Shown here: positions 44,921-55,096 of the stretch, piece after piece
How positions within the stretch are numbered: the first letter of the stretch is position 1
Layout of the letters: each line of letters starts with the position of its first letter
Assembly: GCA_950097015.1 (NCBI GenBank)
Contig: CATNEN010000002.1
Coordinates: forward strand, 1,488,001 to 1,552,000
Origin: Macrostomum hystrix
Lineage: Eukaryota; Animalia; Platyhelminthes
Direction: 5' to 3'
DNA length: 64,000 bases
Made by a program: the position numbers and the translations under genes
Notes under the pieces: generated by a model
Databases searched by the model: none
Seen by the model: only the letters and a program-made list of their open reading frames with translations
Told to the model about the DNA's origin: nothing

Positions 44921-45574
44921 TAGATAAATAATTGATTCAGTTTATGATTTAGATGGTTTATAACAGAAAGATAATATATCTTTCTATTAGTATAGACAAA
45001 TCCCTTTTTAAACAAATTGTGACCTTGATAATTTATGACCCTGATAATCTTGAATATAATCTAGATTGATTCCGAACTAAACTTTATGACTACTAACCAT
45101 TTGGTAATGATCTTTACAAATGCAATTGAAATTTTAGCTTCCCAGCTATCCTTACCTTAGAAGATTGAGTTGGCTTGTTGTTAAAAATGAGTCGAGTAAC
45201 TTCAATAAAATATGCGTTACAGGCACAGGCTGTACAAATGTTTTAGGCCCAATAAATTTATAGACAAATCCCAGATAAGAATGCTCCAAACAGCTCGAAT
45301 GATAAGAAATTTTTGCAGCCAAATATTGTAATACTAAGGAGACAATCACAGATTTGAAAGCGCACACTCATATATGAAAATATTATCTCTACTACAGCAG
45401 ATGTTATTCTCAATTCCGCAAAATATTACACACAATTCAGATAAGGCACTGCCATATCGCTAATGTTCTTTTCGTGCAATTTATCAGTGTTTACCAGAGC
45501 TTAGCTTTGACAAAACAATAGACAATAGCCCAAATACCTTAAAATTATTACCCCAGCAGATACAGTAAACAATT

Positions 45575-45705
45575 TACCAGCTGGATGAACTGAAGCAACG
45601 CAGAGTTAAGTGTCTTGCCAAAGGACACAGATTGTTCCAGTGGAGTCGGGAATCGAACCCGCGACCATTAATTAACTGAGTCCGACGCCTAACCACTAGG
45701 CTGAA
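45575..45705 (-). mobile_element. Partial SINE family A copy
   Basis: Matches 25680-25808 (cagagttaagtgtct..aaaggacaca..cagtggagtcgggaatcgaaccc..gagtccgacgcc..aaccactaggct). Confidence 0.75.
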
Positions 45706-45714
45706 ACCCATTAT

Positions 45715-46060
45715 AGTAGATTCTAGCATCTCTCCTTGCTGCGATTCTAGCAGCTTTCCTTGCTGCGATTCTAGCAGCTTTCCTTGCTGCGATTCTAGCA
45801 GCTTTCCTTGCTGCGATTCTAGCAGCTTTCCTTGCTGCGATTCTAACAGTTTTCTTTGCTGCGATTCTAGCATCTCTCCTTGCTACGATTCTGGCAGCTT
45901 GCCTTGCTGCGATTATAGCATCTCTCCTTGCTGCGATTCTAGCATCTCTCCTTGCTGCGATTCTAGCATCTCTCCTTGCTGCGATTCTAGCAGTTTTCCT
46001 TGCGGCGATTCTAGCATCTCTCCTTGCTGCGATTCTGGCAGCTTGCCTTGCTGCGGTTCT
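45715..46060. repeat. 24-bp minisatellite (gcgattctagcagctttccttgct)
   Basis: About 14 copies. Confidence 0.9.
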
Positions 46061-46099
46061 GTGGATATACGGAAATTTCATCCTTTCATTTTAGCAGAT

Positions 46100-48315
46100 T
46101 GTAATAACTAAGGCCGAGGCTATTTTTAGTGAGCAGACAAAACTCTCAATCTTTACTGCCACGCTGAGCGCGCGTCCATATATTATTTGCTAGAACTGGG
46201 GTGGCGACACCCACCCCGCTCCGCTACCAATCAAACGACCCAGGTGTACACCTGGGCCTGGCTCACGTGCGTACGCACACTACATCTCTCCCCCTTCGAA
46301 CAGAAACTGTGGGGAGACAAAAAAGAACGAATTCGAGAAGCAAGATGTCGAAAAGAACGAAAAAGAACTCGACCGAAAAAAATATGCAGCTATTGGAGGA
46401 AATAAAACACTCGCATTGATAGTCGCATCGGACTTGCAAAGAAAAGCGTGCTTGTGATTGTTAATCTCAGTAGAAAAGTCAGTTCGTTTTCAGTCCTTGG
46501 TTTAGTCCTTGTAGATCTTCACGCCACCCCGTGCAGCGCGGGGGTGCGGGCGCAGCGCCACCGGGGATTCGGCCGGGTTCCGCGCCGCCTCGCCTGGAGT
46601 TTCTGGCGCGGCAGCCTGCGGCCTGGCACCAGCGTCGTCTGATTCTGGGGTGACGACCTTGACCGCCGTGCAATGCCGCCAGCAGGCCGCGCCGTCACGA
46701 CGCAGCATCAGCGAGTTGCCGGCCACCCGCTGGACTGTCCAGGCGCCGCTCTCGAATGGCGTTTGCGTCTTGCTGGCACCGACTCGCCGTCGCAGCACCG
46801 AATCGCCGACCTGGATTTCGTGCCGCCGTGGCCGCCTCCTGGCGTCCGCTCGCTGCTTCATCGCGGCCTTGGCGCTCGCATCCATCTCTCGCAGCCGCTG
46901 CTCGTTGATGCGGACGCGCTGGGATGGCCGGGCGGCGGGGATGACATCATTTGGTCGCCGGCCCATCAGCAGCTCGGCTGGCGCGCGGCCCGTGGCTGTG
47001 TGCGGCGTGTTCCTGTAGGCCAGCAGCCACTCGTCCAGAGCAGCCCTCCAGTCGCGCCGCTCCTCGATTGCCGCCCGCACGACCTTGTTGATTGAGCGGT
47101 TCAGCCGCTCTGTCATGCCGTTGGCGGCTGGGTAGTAAGGCGTGATGAGGCGGTGCTTGATGCCGTAGCTTTCTAGGAAACGGCCAAACTCCTTGGATGA
47201 AAATGGCGGCCCGTTGTCAGTAACGAGCTCCTGCGGGATGCCAAATCGCGCGAACATTTCTCGCAGGCGCGGGACCAGTGCCTCGGCCGTCGTTGTCTGC
47301 ATGAGCTGCACCTCTGGGAATCTCGAGTATCTGTCCACGCACACCAGCAGCATGTTGTTGTTGATCGGGCCTACAAAGTCAGCCCCAATCGACAACCAGG
47401 CGCCCTTAGGGATAGGCGTCGGCTGTAGAGGCGTAGCCCGGACGGCTGGCGTGTGAGACGTGATGGCACAGCTGCGGCACCGACTGACGAACTCCTCCGC
47501 TTGTGTTGCCATTCTCGGCCACCAGACCTTGCTGCTGAGCCTTGCGGTCGTCTTCTGCGAGCACTGGTGTCCTTGGTGCGCCAGCTCGAGCATCTGCTGC
47601 CGTAGAGCTGCTGGCACGACAATCCGCTGATGCCGAAGAAGAACTCCGTCTACCGCCGACAGCTCCTCTCGCAGCGCGTGGAGTGACCGCATCTCAGCGC
47701 TAGAGCGGTCCCATTGGCCGCCTTGCATCGCTGCTATCGCTGCCCGGATAACTGGGTCGCTGGCTGAGCTCTTGCGGATGTCTTCGAGCGTGAGCGCCTT
47801 CGGGACAGCCGCCTGCGCTACCTCGTTTATGTAGGCCTCTCTCAGCTGCTCGCTGGTCCTACGTCCTTCAGCGCTTAGAGGCTGCCTGCTGAGTATGTCT
47901 GCAGCATTGGATGCTCCTGGCTGGTATTCGACCTTGAATACCAGGTGCTGGATACGCAGCGCCATACGCTCGACTCGTGGAGGCGGCCGTGACCCTGGCG
48001 CATACATGGCTGTCAGCGGCTTGTGGTCGGAGATCACCGTGAATTCGGGCGATCCATACAAGTAGTACTCAAACTTCAGGCAGCCGAACTTCACGGCGAG
48101 CGCCTCTTTTTCGGTCTGCGAATATCGCCGCTCTACGTCGGAGAGGGTCCGGCTCGCGTATGCGACTGGCCGCGAACTGCCGTCGTGCTGTACTTGCGCC
48201 AGGATTGCGCCGAGTCCGGTTGGTCCCGCGTCCACAATCAGCTGTGTCCGTAGCCGCTTGTCCAGGCTGTCCAGGTGTACACCTGGGCCTGGCTCACGTG
48301 CGTACGCACACTACA
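46100..48315 (-). mobile_element. Ty3/Gypsy LTR retrotransposon with a large internal deletion
   Basis: 5-bp TSD CAGAT at 46095-46099 and 48316-48320. The 3' LTR is 46100-46284 (TG...CA), with PPT ggggagaga at 46285-46293. Only the first 45 bp of the 5' LTR remain (48271-48315, identical to 46240-46284). Confidence 0.92.
46502..48235 (-). CDS. Pol fragment: RNase H plus integrase (Gypsy)
   Basis: DAGPTGLGAIL...RPVAYASRTL..ERRYSQTEKEALA (RNase H), H-x3-H...C-xx-C zinc finger, GADFVGP, LVTDNGPPF, PYYPAANGMTER; no internal stops. Confidence 0.9.
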   Translation of the reverse strand: MDAGPTGLGAILAQVQHDGSSRPVAYASRTLSDVERRYSQTEKEALAVKFGCLKFEYYLYGSPEFTVISDHKPLTAMYAPGSRPPPRVERMALRIQHLVFKVEYQPGASNAADILSRQPLSAEGRRTSEQLREAYINEVAQAAVPKALTLEDIRKSSASDPVIRAAIAAMQGGQWDRSSAEMRSLHALREELSAVDGVLLRHQRIVVPAALRQQMLELAHQGHQCSQKTTARLSSKVWWPRMATQAEEFVSRCRSCAITSHTPAVRATPLQPTPIPKGAWLSIGADFVGPINNNMLLVCVDRYSRFPEVQLMQTTTAEALVPRLREMFARFGIPQELVTDNGPPFSSKEFGRFLESYGIKHRLITPYYPAANGMTERLNRSINKVVRAAIEERRDWRAALDEWLLAYRNTPHTATGRAPAELLMGRRPNDVIPAARPSQRVRINEQRLREMDASAKAAMKQRADARRRPRRHEIQVGDSVLRRRVGASKTQTPFESGAWTVQRVAGNSLMLRRDGAACWRHCTAVKVVTPESDDAGARPQAAAPETPGEAARNPAESPVALRPHPRAARGGVKIYKD

Positions 48316-48539
48316 CAGATCAATTCTAAAAATGCAGATAAAATAAAGTGTAGTAACGAAAAAGGACGTGTATAAGCTCATGTTACAAGCTCATGAAAAA
48401 AAAAGTTTTTACAAAAATTGTGAACTACTTGTTAATGATGCACTTTTTGGTGATGCAAAAATATATTTGTAAAAAATCGCAGCAAATTTTATAACAAATA
48501 ATAAGAATCAGAGAAATTTTCTCTCAAAGAATTACAGAT

Positions 48540-48785
48540 GTGGCTCCCGCTGCGATTCCAGGTATACAATCGTTCGTGCTGCGATTCCAGCGTTGCTATG
48601 GTTCCTGCTGCGATTCCAGCTACACTATGGCTCCCGCTGCGATTCCAGGTATACAATCGTTCGTGCTGCGATTCCAGCGTTGCTATGGTTCCTGCTGCGA
48701 TTCCAGCTACACTATGGCTCCCGCTGCGATTCCAGGTATACAATCGTTCGTGCTGCGATTACAGCTACACTATGGTTCCTGCTGC
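48540..48785. repeat. 87-bp higher-order repeat x3 built from gctgcgattccag subunits
   Basis: tggctcccgc recurs at 48541, 48628 and 48715. Confidence 0.9.
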
Positions 48786-49014
48786 AAATCTTATCTATTC
48801 CATAGGTATTATAAATAGTCATAAATTTTATAATTTTTATTCTGGTTTAGAACTTATTTGAAGTAAATGAGACTTGATTCTAAGACTATCGAATGGAAAA
48901 AAAGACAATTACAGATAAACAAAGGGAGCATTGGTAGAGACTATTTTCAAAGCAAGAAATTTGTAAAGCCAGCAAACAAATTCAGTGATTATTCATAACT
49001 CATGGTTTAATGGG

Positions 49015-51232
49015 TCACATTAAAGGAGGACCACCTCCTCGAATGCCATCGTGACTGCCGCCAATAAGTTCTTTTACCGCGGCAGCAGCAGCAGCAGCCT
49101 CCGCGTTGGTGGCAGACGTGGGCAGTCCGCCGCCGATACCACCGAGTACTCCGTTGCTAAGCAACGCAGCAACAGCCGAAACGCCGCCAAAGCTGAAAGT
49201 GTCCCAAGGCCGCGGCCCGACCTCCACAAGGCGAGCATTCGAGCCGAATTTCTCTGCTACGACATCTTCTAAGTCGCCAAAGCCGTCGATAAGGCCCAGC
49301 TGCTTGGCTTTGTCAGCCAGCCAGATGTCGCCTTCGAATAGGTCGGACTCTGGCGCGCCTTTGAGTCTGTCGCCGCGTGCCGACTTCACTACCTTCAAAA
49401 ACGGGACACACAGAAGGGATCAATGTGGTTCAGAGGGATAAATGGATACTGAGGCGGTGCCTTTGATCTAGGTACGGAGTCGGTGCTTTAAATCTTAGGT
49501 GTCTAGGTGGTGCCTTTGATCTTAGGTGCCTAGGCGGTGCCTTTGATCTTAGGTGCCTAGGCGGTGCCTTTGATCTTAGGTGCAAAGGCGGTGCCTTTGA
49601 TCTAGGTACGGAGTCGGTGCCTTTGATCTTAGGTGCCTAGGCGGTGCCCTTGATCCTAAGTGCCTAGGCGGTGCCTTTGATCTTAGGTGCAAAGGCGGTG
49701 CCTTTGATCTTAGGTACCTAGGCGGTGCCTTTGATCTTAGGTGCAAAGGCGGTGCCTTTGATCTTAAGTGCCTAGGCGGTGCCTTTGATCCTAGCCCTTT
49801 GGCGCTGCCTTTGATCTAAAGTGCCTAGGCGGTGCCGTTGATCTTAGGTGCCTAGGTGCTGCCGTTGATCTTAGGTGCCTAGGCGCTGCCATCGATCTTA
49901 TTGTACCTATGCGGTGCCTTCGATCCTGGGCCTTTATCTTAGGAGCCTGTGCTTACGATCCTAGGTGTACCCGTTGGCACGTAAACACCGAGGCAGGCGC
50001 AAGAAACTCACATCGATGAAGCCGGCGTGAATGCCGTCCAGCATGTAGCGAGTGAACTTTGCGGAGTCCGGGGTAATGGGCTCCAAGTTGGTGCCGATGG
50101 CTTTGCGTTTTCCGGCCCGGTTGACTGTCAGTGCCAGACTGGCGCGCTCTTTCAGCGCCGTTTGCAGGTCCAAGTGGACACCGAGAGCGCCGATTGAGCC
50201 GATGAGGCTGTGCCTGTTGGCATAGATTTCATTGGCGCTGCAGGCCAGGTAGTAACCACCGGAGGCCGCTAGATCTTCAACAAAAGCCAGCACGGGAATA
50301 TTGCCGCGCTTGGCTGATAGGCGCAGAATCTCATTGCGAATCAGGTCGCATTGCACCTGCAAGAGATTGAGGCAGCTGAATTGGACTGAGGCATGTGGGG
50401 ATGCCTTTGACCTGTGTACAATGGCGGTGTCTTTTAAATTGCGTGCCGATGCGGTGCCTCTGATGATGGTAGGGAGGCGGTGCCTCTAGCTGATGATGGT
50501 AGGAAGGCGGTGCCTTTGATGATGGTAGGGAGGCGGTGCCTTTGATGACGGTAGGGAGGCGGTGCCTTTGATGATGGTAGGGAGGCGGTGCCTTTGATGA
50601 TGGTAAGGAGGCAGTGCCTCTGATGATGGTAGGGAGGCGGTGCCTCTGATGATGGTAGGGAGGTGGTGCCTTTGATGATGGTAGGAAGGCGGTGCCTTTT
50701 TAAGTTCGTTGGAAAGCGGTGCCGTTAAATTTGGTAGAGAGGCTGTGCCTTAAACTGGGTACGGAGGTGGTATCTATAAACTGCAGGTACAGAGGCGGTC
50801 CTTTTGAACTGGCTAAGGAGGCGGCATCTCTTAAACTGTCATGAGAGACTGTGCGGCCAGGCGTGTTTTTTGACAATGCCCCCCTTTTCAGGCCACTTGT
50901 GGTCGGTGGACATCGTACTTATTATTGTATTGTATTGTAAAGAGGCGGTATTTTTAACTGGATACGGAGGCGGCGCCTTTGATCTTGGCACTCAGATATG
51001 AGCACAACTACAGCGCGACAGTGCTCACAGGCCAGCCGCCGGGGCTGTTGATCCGCAGAGCCAGTGCCGCCATTCGGCGCTGCTTGAAGGCCCTCTCAAG
51101 CAGCGGCTTCACGCTGTGAAAATTGATCACCCCCGGCTGGTAGCGACGGCCACTAGGGGGAGAAATTTGGCCGAACAGCTTAATGACTGGCACGACTGGG
51201 GCCTGCGATAGTCTGTCACGAAGGCGCTGCAT
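49015..51232 (-). CDS. S49-family (SppA/ClpP-like) serine peptidase of bacterial type, 3 exons, 308 aa
   Basis: Exons 51232-51029, 50356-50012 and 49392-49015, all phase 0 and GT-AG. Motifs: PVVPVIKLFGQI, LRINSPGG, VLAFVEDLAASGGYYLACSANEIYAN..SLIGSIG, AGKRK, DLFEGDIW...A..LGLIDGFG. Confidence 0.88.
49450..49930. repeat. Minisatellite with ggcggtgcctttgat core (S49 intron 2)
   Basis: ~27-bp imperfect units. Confidence 0.9.
50440..50700. repeat. 26-bp minisatellite with ggcggtgcctttgat core (S49 intron 1)
   Basis: ggcggtgcctttgatgatggtaggga copies, decaying further to about 51000. Confidence 0.88.
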
Positions 51233-51373
51233 TTGTTTTGCGGTCTGTGATGTCTCTTATCTGTTATCATCCAGCAAGTTCATCAGCTGCAATGATGGCG
51301 CACAAATCTCTACTCATATTTATCCCATCTCCCAATTTTGGTTAACAGCTTTAGACTTATTATCGAGAGGTCA

Positions 51374-51628
51374 GGGGTGAGTGGCAGAGCTGTTAACGCG
51401 TTTGCCTCTCGGACCAATATCCCTGAGCTCGATTCCGCGGCGAGGCCACATTTATTTGGGGCGCAGCCACGGACAGAATGCTGGGGCTTGTCGTGCAACT
51501 TACACCCTTGAGGGCACAACGGCTCCAACCTCCAAGGCACAGTGAGACTGTACACTGCCTGGCGATGACAAAGTCAGGGCAAATGTACACACCTGTCTGC
51601 AGCCCTCCTGCAATTATTATTGTTATTT
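51374..51628 (+). mobile_element. tRNA-derived SINE family B
   Basis: A-box-like tggcagagctgttaacgcg, B-box-like agctcgattcc, (att)n tail; second partial copy at 7040-7135. Confidence 0.65.
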
Positions 51629-52154
51629 ATCTAGATGTCGGGAGTTCGAACCCCATACTATGGTAATCAATTTGAGTACTTGAGCAGAACACATAACTCC
51701 CAGGTGTTTCAGTTCGCAAATCTGTTTAGTCATGCACCAGAATTAACTAAGATAGATATTTGTATCGGTGTTACGGCATCCCCCCAGATGTCCACGGACT
51801 GAACATGTGTACAATTTTGCTTGACATCACTTCTACCAATTTAAACGTCAAAGCAATTAAAACGAATATCTTTAGATGTTTATCGATTGTGGAAAACATC
51901 AGTAACTCATACAGTTAATTAATTCTAAGCTAAATTTATTAGGTACTAGAACAACTCATACAATCAATTTATAGTGCTCGCAAATATACAAAGAAAATGT
52001 TTACAGCTCAAAGTTAAGCCATTTTACAACAATCAAGACGAAAGACAAAAACATTATAATGTCGAAGCGTGTGAACAAGCACTAATAAACAAATTAATAT
52101 ATTTGAAATTGCACAAAACGTATTCAGAACTTAAAAGAAACTAGAACAGTTTAT

Positions 52155-52765
52155 ATCCGACCTGAAGGATCTGGGATCATGGCTGTCACACCTGAAGGAT
52201 CTGGGATCATGACTGTCACACCTGAAGGATCTGGGATCATGGCTGTCACACCTGAAGGATCTGGGATCATGGCTGTCACACCTGAAGGATCTGGGATCAT
52301 GGCTGTCACACCTGAAGGATCTGGGATCATGGCTGTCACACCTGAAGGATCTGGGATCATGGCTGTCACACCTGAAGGATCTGGGATCATGGCTGTTACA
52401 CCTGAAGGATCTGGGATCATGGCTGCCATATTTGAAGGACCTGGGATCATGGCTGCCACACCTGAAGGATCTGGGAACATGGCTGCCACGCCTGAAGGAT
52501 CTGGGATTATGACTGTCACACCTGAAGGATCTGGGATCAGGACTGTCACACCTGAAGGATCTGGGAACATGGCTGCCACGCCTGAAGGATCTGGGATTAT
52601 GACTGTCACACCTGAAGGATCTGGGATCAGGACTGTCACACCTGAAGGATCTGGGGTTATGACTGTCACACCTGAAGGATCTGGGATTATGATTGTTACA
52701 CCTGAATGATCTGGGATCATGGCTGCCACACCTGAAGGATCTGGGATCATGGCTGTTACACCCGA
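52155..52765. repeat. 30-bp minisatellite (cacctgaaggatctgggatcatggctgtca)
   Basis: About 20 copies immediately 3' of the BORCS6 stop codon. Confidence 0.95.
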
Positions 52766-52786
52766 ACTCAGTTTAAAACAAGACTA

Positions 52787-54593
52787 TCAGCTCATCGAGG
52801 CTTCCAATCGGTCGAGAATCCTCTTGACGCTGTCAACGTCATGCTTGAGCTGATGCACGGCGGTCATGGCTGCGGCGACCTCTTCGCATCGGGCCATCAG
52901 GGCGTACATGTGCCTGATGGCGGCTTCAACAGTGTCGCAGGCTTTGTCAACTGACTGTTTGTGCAGTCGGGAATGCTGAGCTGTGATGCCGCAGGCGGCT
53001 TGCAGGCCGCTCCGCAGTGAAGCGGTCAGGTGAATGAGCTGGTCTGACAGCCGCCGGGCGTGAGTCTCCAAATCTGCCAGGGCGTGTGGATCGATTTCTG
53101 GGATGTCGTCTGGAGTTACCTGCCGCGAGAATTGAAAGTAGCTTAGAATTAAAAAAGGAATAGGTGAGGTAGAATAGGCTAAGAGGTCCTAATCCACCAT
53201 ACGAAATCCTGCTCAATCAGATGGAATCCGGATCATGTGGACATAATGTAGACAGAACCAAGATCATGTAGACGGAACCAAGATTATGAAGACAGAACCA
53301 AGATCATGTAGACAGAACCAAGATCATGTAGACAGAACCAAGATCATGTAGACAGAACCAAGATCATGTAGACAGAACCAAGATCATGTAGACAGAACCA
53401 AGATCATGTAGACAGAACCAAGATCATGTAGACAGAACCAAGATCATGTAGACAGAACCAAAACTATGAAGACAGAACCAAGATCATGTAGACAGAACCA
53501 AGATCATGTAGACAGAACCAAGATCATGTAGACGGAACCAAGACTATGAAGACGGAACCAAGATTATGAAGACAGAACCAAGATCATGTAGACGGAACCA
53601 AGATTATGAAGACGGAACCAAGATCATGTAGACAGAACCAAGATCATGTAGACGGAACCAAGACTATGAAGACGGAACCAAGATCATGTAGACGGAACCA
53701 AGATCATGTAGACAGAACCAAGATCATGTAGACAGAACCAAGATCATGTAGACAGAACCAAGATCATGTAGACAGAACCAAGATCATGTAGACAGAACCA
53801 AGATCATGTAGACAGAACCAAGATCATGTAGACAGAACCAAGATCATGTAGACAGAACCAAGATCATGTAGACAGAACCAAGATCATGTAGACAGAACCA
53901 AGATCATGTAGACGGAACCAAAACTATGAAGACAGAACCAAGATCATGTAGACAGAACCAAGATCATGTAGACAGAACCAAGATCATGTAGACAGAACCA
54001 AGATCATGTAGACAGAACAGATAAGGATAATAACAATCACAGATAATTCCAGCTAAAGGTTGCTGGTTGCACAAGATCAGGTTGTTGATAAACAAATCTG
54101 GCAGGTTTAAAAGCTACAATGTTGCTGCATAAGAAAAAAGTACTATTTGAAGGCACCCCACCTGAGCCAACAGTCCAATGGGATAACTGGTGCTTCGGCT
54201 GACACCAATGCCACCAATTGTAGCACCTCCACCGCCGCCATAATTGGACGAGGAAGCCCAGCTACTGATAGAAGATCCGCTGACAGAGGACTTCACAGCG
54301 CTGGCGGCACGAATTCTGGCTACAAAATCATCTGCAACAAATTCCAATTGCTGTTTTGGAACTGGCTGCTGCTGCTTTTGCTCCACAATACTTTTCTGTC
54401 TTTGAGAATCTGTTGAGCTAGATGGAGATAAGCAGGGCTCAGTAGACTCCTCATCATCATCATTGTTGCTATTGTCTTTGTTGTTTTCATTGTCTAAAAA
54501 GACTTCCCCAGTGGACTTGACTTTATTAGAGTGCTCAGGAATTTTGTCCACCAATTCGCTCAAGGGCTTCTCAGCAACAATATCTTCTGACAT
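52787..54593 (-). CDS. BORCS6: BLOC-1-related complex subunit 6 (lyspersin, DUF2365 C-terminus), 2 exons, 254 aa
   Basis: Exon 1 is 54593-54162 (low complexity, ...LLAQ|gtgggg) and exon 2 is 53119-52787 (VTPDDIPEIDPHALADLETHARRL...SVDKACDTVEAAIRHMYALMARCEEV...VDSVKRILDRLE). Confidence 0.8.
53245..54015. repeat. 20-bp minisatellite (gacagaaccaagatcatgta) in BORCS6 intron
   Basis: About 38 copies. Confidence 0.95.
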
Positions 54594-55096
54594 AATTCAA
54601 TTTTAAGCTACTTGTTCTGAAAAAAATTGGAATGTATAGGAGATAGACTGAAAAACACAAAAGCACAGTAAAAACAAATATATACATGTAACAACATTAC
54701 GAATTAATGATATAAAACAGTGACATTGTTTTGTTTAAAAGGAAACATTTTTTAGTATTAATACAGGAGCAGAATCAAGGGAAAACCTAAACCTTGTTCA
54801 ACATAGTTTGATACAAAGTTGGAATACAATACTCAGAAGTGTTCTTTCATTCTTTATAATTGGAATACCAAGAAGAATTTCAAGAGAGAAATAGAAAGTA
54901 TTGCTATACACTTGAGATCATTGGTAATGCTCTTCTGAAAGCCTATACTCAGAAATACATACATATGATAAGTAATCGACCAGAATAACTAAACAGACTA
55001 ACTAAATATATTACCAGACTACATACACTACCAAGAAATTCTTTGAAATATATAGAACATATTCACAGAGACTAATTCTAAGAAAATGACTTAGAC

